DNA of 51,331 nt. It comes from a virus. A model generated the notes under the pieces. That model was given only the letters and a program-made list of their open reading frames with translations. It did no database searches and was not told the DNA's origin. Position numbers and translations under genes: made by a program. Shown piece after piece: positions 14,603 through 21,998 of the stretch. How positions within the stretch are numbered: the stretch's first letter is position 1; every line of letters starts with the position of its first letter. Where the stretch lies: IMG/VR virus record IMGVR_UViG_3300045988_092522, positions 1-51,331 of that record; one strand, 5' to 3'.

Positions 14603-14923
14603 TCATTTCCACCCATCGATCATCGCCTTGACCTCTGCGGTCTTGGCGATTAGGTCATTGTGGATGGCTTCCCACGCGACGATCATACCGTCGGCGTAGG
14701 CGGGGTTGCGCTTGTACTCCTCGGAGGCCTTGTATCCCTCGATCAGCTTCTTCACAACGGCGTGGCCGTTGGTGTTGAAATTGATGTGGGCAGCGGCCAT
14801 TTCCCGGTACCATCCGGCGGCCTCGGGATGCTCCGCCTTGAGATCGTAGGCCGTGCGGATTTTGCTACGGGCCTCCTCGATGTTACCGGCGATGTCGTTG
14901 CTCAGGCGCTTGATGATCTTCAT
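14603..14923 (-). CDS. Hypothetical helical protein (106 aa), last gene of the attP-proximal cassette
   Basis: ORF track; no family recognised. Confidence 0.6.
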   Translation of the reverse strand: MKIIKRLSNDIAGNIEEARSKIRTAYDLKAEHPEAAGWYREMAAAHINFNTNGHAVVKKLIEGYKASEEYKRNPAYADGMIVAWEAIHNDLIAKTAEVKAMIDGWK

Positions 14924-14935
14924 ATCCGCGCCTCC

Positions 14936-15376
14936 TTAGGCCAGCTTGACCATGCTTGCACAGACGTGGTTTACCACGCCGGCAACGCCGCTGATCTGCG
15001 CGGAGATGACCGGGTTGACGCTGGGGCAGCTGTTGAGGCTGATCACCGTCTCGACGTGGGCGGTCTTAACGCCCGCTGCGGTCACGGTGTCCTGAGCAAT
15101 GGCGCAAGGCAGCGCCACGGAATCGTGGTAGAGCTGCACAATGCCCGTGCCCGCCGCCGTAGCCGTGTAGGTCACATCATAGCTGATGCGATACATGCCT
15201 CGGGCGTTGACGCGGAAGCCGCCGCTCTGAGTGGTGATGGCGCATCCGGTGTCCATGCCCAGATTGCCGAGGATCGCCACCTGCGATCCCGTCGCGGCAA
15301 ACGTCTGGTCGGCGTTGTTGTACGCGGTCTGGACGCTCTTGTAGTGAATGTTTTTCACATTGCAGTTACAGGCCAT
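14936..15376 (-). CDS. BclA C-terminal-domain-like (C1q/TNF-like jelly-roll) protein (146 aa)
   Basis: Start MACNCNV after GAAGGAGGA. The pattern ...GMYRISYDVTYTATAAGTGIVQLYHDSVALP...ASMVKLA resembles the BclA C-terminal domain (GFYKITV...IQVNGVPVP...IIIEKVA). Confidence 0.55.
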   Translation of the reverse strand: MACNCNVKNIHYKSVQTAYNNADQTFAATGSQVAILGNLGMDTGCAITTQSGGFRVNARGMYRISYDVTYTATAAGTGIVQLYHDSVALPCAIAQDTVTAAGVKTAHVETVISLNSCPSVNPVISAQISGVAGVVNHVCASMVKLA

Positions 15377-15378
15377 TG

Positions 15379-15546
15379 TCAGTCCTCCTTCTTCGGCAAA
15401 TTGAAGGTGCCAATCCCCATTATCGGGGTAAACTTCCATAGCAGCGCGGCGTAGCGCTCCAGTTCGTCCACCGACATTTTTTCCGGCTCCATCTTTTCGA
15501 GCGCCGTAATCGCTCGGGAGCGGAGTGCGTTGATTCTTTCTTCCAT
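15379..15546 (-). CDS. Hypothetical protein (55 aa, MEERINALRSRAITALEKMEPEKMSVDELERYAALLW...)
   Basis: Hand-translated alternative frame. More protein-like than the Arg/Gly-rich N-terminus of track ORF 14936..15553. Confidence 0.4.
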   Translation of the reverse strand: MEERINALRSRAITALEKMEPEKMSVDELERYAALLWKFTPIMGIGTFNLPKKED

Positions 15547-15633
15547 TATTCATTTTCTCCTTCCATTTACAGCGCCCGCCCGGCGCATGGCTCGGACGGG
15601 CGCAGGCGCTGTTATAACGCGTATGTCAGTTGG

Positions 15634-16332
15634 TTACGCGACGTAACCGGCTCCGCAGCTTCCACAGCCCTGCGTGGCGTAGGGGTTGTAGCCCGACTGA
15701 TACGGGCTGCACGTCAGGTACGCCGGCACAGGGGTCTTGTTGATGGCCGAGAGCAGCGTGTTGGTCTGCGACAGCGTGCCGAGCTGGAGCTGAGCCGCCT
15801 GCAGGTTGTCGCGCAGCTCCTGCATGGTGTTGGCGTTGATGAGCGCGCGGGTGGCCTCGCCCTCCGCGTGGATGGCGGTCTTCACGTCGCAGCAGCACTG
15901 CGCCTGCTGGGCCTGCATGGCCTGAGCCTGCAGCGCAGCATCGTAGCGGTTCTGCATGATTTCCTTCTGGGTGGTGCAGCAACACTGCTGGGCGGCAAAC
16001 CGATTTTCCATGATGGATTTGTCGATGCCGGCCAAGCCGAGCTGGGTGTTGTAGCGGTTCTCCAGCACGTCGCGCTGCACGCCGAACTGGTCGCGCATCA
16101 GGCCGTTCTGGTTGCGGAGGATTTCGGCGGTATTAAAACCGTCGGCCATCTCGCCACGGGTGAGCGCGCCCTGAAGGCCGGCATTGCCGTTACCCCACAG
16201 GCCGCCGCCCATCATCCCGAATACCAGGAAGAGCACGACGATCCAAAAGAAACCGCCGTCGCCGAAAAATCCGTCGCAGTTGCGATCCTTATTGGTCACG
16301 GCCGCGATGTCGGCAAGGGTCATATTGTCCAT
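15634..16332 (-). CDS. Membrane protein with a Gly-rich TM segment, Gln-rich helices and two CCC triplets (232 aa)
   Basis: ORF track; SD AAAAAGGAGTG upstream. FFWIVVLFLVFGMMGGGLWG is the TM segment. Repeats are ...AAQQCCCTTQKEIMQNRY and ...AQQAQCCCDVKT. The C-terminus is CGSCGAGYVA. Confidence 0.7.
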   Translation of the reverse strand: MDNMTLADIAAVTNKDRNCDGFFGDGGFFWIVVLFLVFGMMGGGLWGNGNAGLQGALTRGEMADGFNTAEILRNQNGLMRDQFGVQRDVLENRYNTQLGLAGIDKSIMENRFAAQQCCCTTQKEIMQNRYDAALQAQAMQAQQAQCCCDVKTAIHAEGEATRALINANTMQELRDNLQAAQLQLGTLSQTNTLLSAINKTPVPAYLTCSPYQSGYNPYATQGCGSCGAGYVA

Positions 16333-16387
16333 TTAGGTCACTCCTTTTTGATATTTATCCTCAGCCCGTAGCGCTCCGAGCGAAGAA

Positions 16388-16606
16388 TCATTCCTTGAAA
16401 AATCCCTGCATCTGCTCGGCGATCTGCTTCGCCTGCTCAAGCTGCTGGGCGTTGATCTGGCCGCTTTGCAGCATCTCGTTGATCTTCTGCTGGGCGGATT
16501 GCGGCGACCACATCTTCCGAAACTGCCGGAACTGCTGAAGCATCTGCATTCCCGGCATCTGGGCGTTGGCCTGTTTGGCCATCATGCCGATGAGAGGGTT
16601 GCTCAC
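16388..16606 (-). CDS. Gln/Met-rich small protein (72 aa)
   Basis: ORF track; ATGA overlap with the upstream gene. Confidence 0.6.
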   Translation of the reverse strand: MSNPLIGMMAKQANAQMPGMQMLQQFRQFRKMWSPQSAQQKINEMLQSGQINAQQLEQAKQIAEQMQGFFKE

Positions 16607-17031
16607 AGGTTGATCCCTCCCAGCGCGTTTTCAAGCTGCGACAGTTTGTCCGACACAGCCTTAATCTCGTCCTTGGTGGCAAACTGCGACATGTCGATCT
16701 GGGGCGCGGGCGCAGCCTGCGTCTGGGCCTGCGGGTCGATTTCCAGCAGCCGGAACGACTTGAGCGTCGCCGTGCCCATGCTGTCCACGGCCTTGACGTG
16801 GATGACCGGGTCGTTGTTGTCCATCATCCACGCCGTCTGTCCGGGCTGGACGATGTGGTCGCGCGCGCCCTGCACGCCGTTGACGTAGATCCACGACACA
16901 TTGCTCTGTGCGCCGCTGTTCTGCGGCGGCAGCTGTTGCGTCATCTGCATCATCTGCGGCTGAGGGGGCATGTAATTGGCGTTGAAATATCCCGGCACAG
17001 CGGGCTGGGGGAATGGGTAGTTATAAGCCAT
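16603..17031 (-). CDS. Pro/Gln-rich N-terminus plus small beta-rich domain protein (142 aa)
   Basis: Start MAYNYPFPQP after GAGGTG. The track's N-terminal extension to 17235 is AT-rich and non-coding-like. Confidence 0.65.
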   Translation of the reverse strand: MAYNYPFPQPAVPGYFNANYMPPQPQMMQMTQQLPPQNSGAQSNVSWIYVNGVQGARDHIVQPGQTAWMMDNNDPVIHVKAVDSMGTATLKSFRLLEIDPQAQTQAAPAPQIDMSQFATKDEIKAVSDKLSQLENALGGINL

Positions 17032-17239
17032 GCGTTGCACCTCGCTTTCTGAGGACATTTTCGCACAGGTGGCGATGCGGCGCGGGAAATTATGCGAGTT
17101 TGGCGGGAAAAATCGAAAAAAGCGAAGAGATTGAAGATACAACACAAGAAAAAACGTAAGACGTATCAAAAAAATAGTGAAATTTGAAGTGTACTTACAG
17201 AAAATCTGGTCAAAAATGAAAATAACGCCCGTCATAGTA

Positions 17240-17268
17240 TTGACAATGCGTTGATGTTGTGTTAAGAT
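17240..17268 (+). promoter_or_regulatory. Promoter TTGACA-17-TAAGAT with a TGT extended -10
   Basis: TTGACA at 17240-17245 and TAAGAT at 17263-17268. Confidence 0.6.
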
Positions 17269-17274
17269 ATAGGT

Positions 17275-17400
17275 GTCGTCAGAGATGGCGGCTGTCAGGC
17301 TCGGAGCACCGAGCGAAACTGCCCTGATGCTGGGCAGCTGGGGATGAACCTACCGATGACAAAAAGACCGCCGAGTTTATCTCTACGGTCTTTTTGTTTT
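17275..17400 (+). ncRNA. Candidate small RNA (about 125 nt) running from its own promoter to an intrinsic terminator
   Basis: No SD-led ORF. Closing stem TGTCGTC/GATGACA (17274-80 with 17355-61). Hairpins GCTCGG-AGCA-CCGAGC (17299-17314) and CTGCCC-TGATGCT-GGGCAG (17319-17337). Terminator AAGACCG...CGGTCTT plus a T-run (17363-17400). Confidence 0.45.
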
Positions 17401-17401
17401 A

Positions 17402-17623
17402 TCAGTCCTTAAGCAGCTCGTCCACAGTGCAATTCAGCGCCTCGGCCAGTCTGAGCAGGGAGTTGATGCGCGGTTCGCACTTGCCAAGCTCCCATCGGCA
17501 GATGTCCTTTGGGTAACAGCCCGCGACTTCCGCGAGTTGCTTTTGGGTCATGCCCAGCGCGATGCGGCGCTGGGCGATGGGGCTGCTGCTGGTGTTTCGG
17601 TTTGGGCGTGGATCAGTGCGCAT
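17402..17623 (-). CDS. XRE-type HTH protein (Aca-like position at the operon end)
   Basis: HTH LGMTQKQLAEVAGCYPKDICRWELG. I prefer the start MRTDPRP at 17623 over the track start at 17686. Confidence 0.65.
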   Translation of the reverse strand: MRTDPRPNRNTSSSPIAQRRIALGMTQKQLAEVAGCYPKDICRWELGKCEPRINSLLRLAEALNCTVDELLKD

Positions 17624-17897
17624 TGGGCTGCCTCCTGACGCGCGATACGCGCTTGATCTCTGCGATGCACCAGTTTTTATCGACAAAATAAGGCTCGTCG
17701 TTCCACGGACTGTTTAGGTTGATCGTTCGGTTACCGCTTACCCAGTACTCGCCCCACACGCCTTCTTCCGCTCTTCCGCCGTCGATCACGACATGATAGG
17801 CGCCGCCACGGCCTAGAGACCACTCGTAGGCCTCTTCAGGGTTGTCGAATTCGCATTCGTCGAAAATACCGTTCTTTTGCAGATACATCTTAAACAC
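17613..17897 (-). CDS. Hypothetical protein (94 aa)
   Basis: ORF track; no family recognised. Confidence 0.6.
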   Translation of the reverse strand: MFKMYLQKNGIFDECEFDNPEEAYEWSLGRGGAYHVVIDGGRAEEGVWGEYWVSGNRTINLNSPWNDEPYFVDKNWCIAEIKRVSRVRRQPNAH

Positions 17898-17938
17898 AGT
17901 TTCTTCCTCCTTTTCCGTTTATATGCTACGTCTTTAAT

Positions 17939-18499
17939 TTAATCCCACATATGTTTGTCGACATGTGCCGTCCATTCAGTTTCCATATCGGCGATGGCCT
18001 TCTCGTAGTCTTCACCGTTGATGATCTTTTCAAGAGCCTTCTTTCCGGCTTTGGACTTTACGTCGTGCGCTGCATAACTGTATTTCTCCGCCTTGATGTA
18101 GGCAGTAGCGCGGGGATATTTCGCCATGAGCTCATCAACGTCTGCCTTCGGCGGCTTCGGTGGGAACGCACCATCGTTAAACTCATCATCCATCATGGCA
18201 TTAAACTCACGGTGATAGCGCTGGCGATCATAGATCGCCGACTTGATCTCTTTCAGCCCTTCAATCGCGTCGATCTTCGCTTGGATTGCGGCTTCTTCGA
18301 CCAATTGGGCGTTTCGCTCAGCAGTAAGATAGGCCTTAATTTCTTGCGCCTCTTCGCGCCACAGGCCCTCTTTGATTTCGCTGCAGATCGTCTTTCCGCT
18401 GGCTGTATGAGCAGAGATCATCATTTTCCCCTCGTTGGGGCCAAACAAGATTAGCTTGCAGTTGCAGTTCTGCATGATTTCAAGAGCTTTCTCCGTCAT
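17939..18499 (-). CDS. Hypothetical protein (186 aa)
   Basis: ORF track; visibly lower GC than the genome average; no family recognised. Confidence 0.65.
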   Translation of the reverse strand: MTEKALEIMQNCNCKLILFGPNEGKMMISAHTASGKTICSEIKEGLWREEAQEIKAYLTAERNAQLVEEAAIQAKIDAIEGLKEIKSAIYDRQRYHREFNAMMDDEFNDGAFPPKPPKADVDELMAKYPRATAYIKAEKYSYAAHDVKSKAGKKALEKIINGEDYEKAIADMETEWTAHVDKHMWD

Positions 18500-18549
18500 G
18501 GTTTCCTCCTTCTCCCGGTCTTTCGCCCGGCCGGGAGGGCTTGGTTGTC

Positions 18550-19071
18550 TTAGCTGTTGGCGATATCCATCATCTTGGCGTAGCCCTCGGGATCGCTGAC
18601 CTTATACTCATCCATCCACGCCTGCATGCGGTCGGCATACATCTGACCGCCGGAGGTGATGTTCTTCAGCTCGTCGCGATGGTCGATCCACCACTTGGCA
18701 CTGGTGTTTTCAGCGATGATCACGTCGAGCACATTGACGTAGTAGACGCGGAGGTCGTCATCGGCCTCGTTGACGTATTCGCGCTGGATCATCAGCGCGT
18801 ACTTGGCGCGGATGTCCTTGGCCCAGGCGATCTGCTTCTCGCTGCCGGTGAGGTTGTCCGGGAGCTCCACCGGCAGCGCCTTGACGGCCTCGGCTTGCTT
18901 GGCGGCTTCCGCTTCGCGGCGGGCCTTCGCGGCGCACTCGGGGCAAAGGGTGATGTTCTCGCGCGCCCAAGCCTCGCTGCTGTCAGCGTCCCGGCGGCTG
19001 TAGCATTTCTTCGACCACGTAAATTCGTTCCCGCACGCCTTGCAGATGAGCTTCACATTTGCCATTGCCAT
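18550..19071 (-). CDS. Zn-ribbon protein (173 aa)
   Basis: CKACG...CPEC ribbon followed by GSEKQIAWAKDIR. No family securely recognised. Confidence 0.65.
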   Translation of the reverse strand: MAMANVKLICKACGNEFTWSKKCYSRRDADSSEAWARENITLCPECAAKARREAEAAKQAEAVKALPVELPDNLTGSEKQIAWAKDIRAKYALMIQREYVNEADDDLRVYYVNVLDVIIAENTSAKWWIDHRDELKNITSGGQMYADRMQAWMDEYKVSDPEGYAKMMDIANS

Positions 19072-19138
19072 TGTATTTCCTCCTCTTTCTGGCGGGCCTG
19101 CCGCCGGTCGGTCTTGTCTCTCTCAACCTTTTGACTAT

Positions 19139-19167
19139 ATTATATACCAAATTTGGTAATTAGTCAA
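19139..19167 (-). promoter_or_regulatory. Consensus promoter TTGACT-17-TATAAT with a 14-bp perfect palindrome TACCAAATTTGGTA in the spacer
   Basis: On the minus strand, the -35 is at 19167-19162 and the -10 at 19144-19139. The palindrome is at 19145-19158. An outer inverted repeat TTGACTA/TAGTCAA is at 19131-37 and 19161-67. Confidence 0.7.
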
Positions 19168-19211
19168 GCCTTTTTAGAGGATTTCCCAAACTTTTTTTGC
19201 AAAATCCAAAA

Positions 19212-19244
19212 GAAAAAAAGGCCGGCGGATTGCTCCACCGGCCT
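19212..19244 (-). terminator. Rho-independent terminator ending the late/lysis operon
   Basis: On the minus strand: AGGCCGG-loop-CCGGCCT followed by TTTTTTTCTTTT. Confidence 0.75.
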
Positions 19245-19250
19245 GAAAGC

Positions 19251-19499
19251 CTACATACACTTGTCCACCGCCTGCATCACCAGCTCGATGCGCGGGACGA
19301 TCTGCCCGCGCAGGCGCTTGGAAACGGCGCTCCTGTCCATGCCCACCGCCGCGGCGATGTCCGCATAGTCCATGCCCCAGACGAGGCGAGAGGCGGCGAT
19401 ATGCACATCTGACGGCGCGAGCCGCGCCTCGATGATGAGGCGCGACATCACCGACGAGGTCACGCCGTCAAACTGCGGGTACTCGTCGTATTTCATCAT
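19251..19499 (-). CDS. Small sigma-70 region-4-like HTH protein (82 aa)
   Basis: MDYADIAAAVGMDRSAVSKRL is a region-4 type HTH. Confidence 0.5.
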   Translation of the reverse strand: MMKYDEYPQFDGVTSSVMSRLIIEARLAPSDVHIAASRLVWGMDYADIAAAVGMDRSAVSKRLRGQIVPRIELVMQAVDKCM

Positions 19500-19517
19500 A
19501 TGCGCGGCCTCCCGGGG

Positions 19518-19877
19518 TTATTCCTCGGGAGGCTTTTCGTCCTCGGCTTCGGTTTCCTCCTCCCGTGCCTTCGTTTCGCTGGGGGAGTAAGTGTGCAGGG
19601 CATCCATGTTCTCTTTAATAATTGCCTCAATTTCGCTTCGATCCACGCTGTAGCCGCGCTGACTGAGCTGGTAGATTACCCAGTCCAGCTTCTCGGTGCC
19701 GTTTTTGGCTCCGTAGAGCTGTTCGGCGGCAAAGACCATCGTCTTGATGGTCGCTTTGAGCAGCGCCTGCTGCTCGTTGGTCGTCCGCGCCTTGATCCAC
19801 GGGATCAGCTTGTAGGTGATCAGCGCCGCAAGCAGCGCGATGATCGCCTGGATGATGGGGGTCAGATTGATGTTCAT
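19518..19877 (-). CDS. Holin (LL-H / phage_holin_6-like)
   Basis: N-terminal TM INLTPIIQAIIALLAALITYKLIPWI with a charged C-terminus. Sits next to XhlA and the endolysin. Confidence 0.7.
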   Translation of the reverse strand: MNINLTPIIQAIIALLAALITYKLIPWIKARTTNEQQALLKATIKTMVFAAEQLYGAKNGTEKLDWVIYQLSQRGYSVDRSEIEAIIKENMDALHTYSPSETKAREEETEAEDEKPPEE

Positions 19878-19895
19878 GGTTTTTCTCCTTTCTCG

Positions 19896-20243
19896 TTATA
19901 CCCCTTTGATGATGTAGCCCACCGCCACGCCGACGGCGGCCAGCACGACGTATTTGACGATTTCAAAGGCCAGCTTTTTCCATTTATCGCCCGGCTCCTT
20001 CTCGATCACGTCGATGCGCTTGCCCAACTTGTCCACCTTGCCGTCGATGCTGTTGACCTTGGTCACGATGTTCTGTTGGGCATTGGAGATGTTCTGGATG
20101 GCCAGCAGCATCTCCGTCTGCTTGGACTGAGCCTCCTCCAGCGCGCCGATGCGGCGCTGATAGCTTTTGTGATCCGCCTCGTTCCGGGCCTTCAGCGCCG
20201 CAAGCTCCTCGCCGATCTCGTGGAGGTGGTTTTCGTCGTTCAT
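19896..20243 (-). CDS. xhlA: XhlA-family hemolysin-like lysis protein
   Basis: Coiled-coil N-terminus plus C-terminal TM LAFEIVKYVVLAAVGVAVGYII. I prefer the start MNDENHL. Confidence 0.65.
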   Translation of the reverse strand: MNDENHLHEIGEELAALKARNEADHKSYQRRIGALEEAQSKQTEMLLAIQNISNAQQNIVTKVNSIDGKVDKLGKRIDVIEKEPGDKWKKLAFEIVKYVVLAAVGVAVGYIIKGV

Positions 20244-20263
20244 GGGCTTGCCCTCCAATCCTG

Positions 20264-21256
20264 TTATTTCAGCTTCCCGTATTTGCCGGACACCCATCCG
20301 TTTTGATTTTCATAGGCCACCAGCAGCCAGCCGTTGTCGGCCTTCTCGCCGCCGTAGGGGAGCACGTCGCCCCGATGCGCCACGCCGAGGATTTTGCCGT
20401 CGGTGTTGGGCGCGGTGCGCACGTAGCAATTGCCGCCCTCGATGGCCACATAGCGATGCTCCGCCTCTGGCTTGTCCGCTTCCAGCGCCTCCAGCATGGC
20501 CGCGTGGCTCTTGGGGCCGTACTGGCCGTCCATGCCGAGCTTGTGGTCGCCCTGAAACGCCATCACCGCAAGCTCCGTGGCGTCGCCGAACTCGCCGTCC
20601 GCGCCCCACTTGCCCAGATCGTAACCCAGCTGGATGAGGTAATGCTGGAGCTGCTTCACATCCGCGCCCTCCGCGCCGTGCTTCAGCAGCCGCTCACCCA
20701 GCGCATACTCCCTGGCCTCGACAGTCCCCTCGTACTTTGCGCCGTCATCCAGCACCACCACCGTGTGGCCGTTGGTCTTGGTCACGAGGATGTCGCCCTT
20801 GCCGAGGTACGCGCTCTGGTCGGTGTACTTCGCGCCCTTCAGCTCCACAAACGCGCCGGTTTTCAGCAGATTCGCGGGCATGTTCCCCGTCCGGAAATCG
20901 CTGGGCAGCCCCATGATACCCGCGTAGGCGCAGCACACCCGCACCAGCGCCGAGCAGTCCGTCTCGCAGTTGGTCTTGACCTTGGCGCAGTCAAAGCCCA
21001 GCGGTTCAGCCACCTTGTACAGCGTGTTGCGCTGCCACTGGTCGTAGCCGATGTGGCTGTTGCCGCACGCCGCCTCCATGTCCGCGGCGATCCTCAGCGC
21101 CGCCGCGCGATCCTTGGCGCGGAACACCCGCCAGCCCTTTTTGTGCAGATACCACTTCTGCGTGCTCAGCTCGCGTCCGGTCTGGTCGCCCGCCTTGCCG
21201 CCGTAGGCCTTGCCCCTCTCGTCGATTCTCGCCGATCCTACCCGTACCGTCGCCAT
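20264..21256 (-). CDS. Endolysin: Cys/His peptidase-like N-domain, PG_binding_1 and SH3b
   Basis: ...ETDCSALV...GHTVVV (NlpC/P60-like dyad). GADVKQLQHYLIQLGYDLGKWGADGEFG (PG-binding repeat). C-terminal SH3-like YVRTAPNTDGKILGV...GWVSGKY. Confidence 0.8.
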   Translation of the reverse strand: MATVRVGSARIDERGKAYGGKAGDQTGRELSTQKWYLHKKGWRVFRAKDRAAALRIAADMEAACGNSHIGYDQWQRNTLYKVAEPLGFDCAKVKTNCETDCSALVRVCCAYAGIMGLPSDFRTGNMPANLLKTGAFVELKGAKYTDQSAYLGKGDILVTKTNGHTVVVLDDGAKYEGTVEAREYALGERLLKHGAEGADVKQLQHYLIQLGYDLGKWGADGEFGDATELAVMAFQGDHKLGMDGQYGPKSHAAMLEALEADKPEAEHRYVAIEGGNCYVRTAPNTDGKILGVAHRGDVLPYGGEKADNGWLLVAYENQNGWVSGKYGKLK

Positions 21257-21273
21257 GTTTCATCCATCCTTTC

Positions 21274-21585
21274 TCATTTCGGCGTTCCCGCCGCAATCCA
21301 TGTCACAGCGGGCATGCGTCCCGATGAATCACCGTTAAAAATCCGCGCCGTGAAACCCGTGGTCGTGGGCAAACCGTTCACCGACACGCAGCATCGCCCA
21401 AATGTCCCCGCAGTGGACTCTGACTTGAAGCCCACCACCACTACAGGCACGCTCTGAAACGCCTTGGGGAACGTCACCGATACATCTGCATAGCTGCCGC
21501 TGGATACGTTCGTCGCAGCGATAAGTCCGCACTGCACCCCCACATCCGCCGGAAAATGGTTGTGCCCCGTGTTCCAGTTTGCCAT
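21274..21585 (-). CDS. Tail-fibre-associated protein (gp53-like / H-type lectin-like C-terminal domain)
   Basis: VSVTFPKAFQSVPVVVVG...GFTARIFN fits this pattern; lies in the fibre module. Confidence 0.5.
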   Translation of the reverse strand: MANWNTGHNHFPADVGVQCGLIAATNVSSGSYADVSVTFPKAFQSVPVVVVGFKSESTAGTFGRCCVSVNGLPTTTGFTARIFNGDSSGRMPAVTWIAAGTPK

Positions 21586-21740
21586 TACTCCACCCCCAGC
21601 GCGGTGCGGATGGCCTCAAGGTCGTCCGTGGTCAGAGCGGGGTAGTCCGCCGCGATGTCCTCAAAGGATTCGCCGTTGCCGATGCGGATGCGGAACGCCC
21701 GCACCATGATCCGCAGTTTCAGATTGTTCAAAGTCTTCAC
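21585..21740 (-). CDS. XkdX-like small protein (51 aa, GTG start)
   Basis: Hand-translated as VKTLNNLKLRIMVRAFRIRIGNGESFEDIAADYPALTTDDLEAIRTALGVE. TAATG overlap with the next gene. Confidence 0.45.
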   Translation of the reverse strand: MKTLNNLKLRIMVRAFRIRIGNGESFEDIAADYPALTTDDLEAIRTALGVE

Positions 21741-21741
21741 G

Positions 21742-21996
21742 TTATTCACCCCCTCCAATCAGGTCTGCCATCATCAGGATAATATCATCTGTCGTGCCCT
21801 CCAGCACATCGAGGCGCTCTCGTAACGTCGGTGCTCCCTGCGGTTGCTCATCAGGGGTCGGTGTGTACCCGTCCTCATCTGGCTTTGGCTGGATCTCGTA
21901 ATTAACGTGAAACACGTCATCCTCCAACTGATAGGTTTCATACAGATTGTGCGTTGTAGGATTATACTCAGGCTTTGCCGCGTAAACGTATCTCAT
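21742..21996 (-). CDS. Hypothetical fibre-module protein (84 aa)
   Basis: ORF track. Confidence 0.55.
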   Translation of the reverse strand: MRYVYAAKPEYNPTTHNLYETYQLEDDVFHVNYEIQPKPDEDGYTPTPDEQPQGAPTLRERLDVLEGTTDDIILMMADLIGGGE

Positions 21997-21998
21997 AA

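Noticed and set aside
17032-17235. N-terminal extension of ORF 16603..17235
   Set aside because: - The extension is AT-rich and encodes Phe/Ile/Leu runs typical of non-coding sequence.
- GAGGTG precedes the ATG at 17031.
- The region more likely holds the cassette promoter.
19131-19160. Plus-strand promoter reading of the symmetric 19131-19167 region (TTGACT...TGGTAA)
   Set aside because: - The -10 is poor.
- It would transcribe only antisense to the terminator and the sigma-like gene.
- The minus-strand TTGACT-17-TATAAT reading is perfect and has genes downstream.
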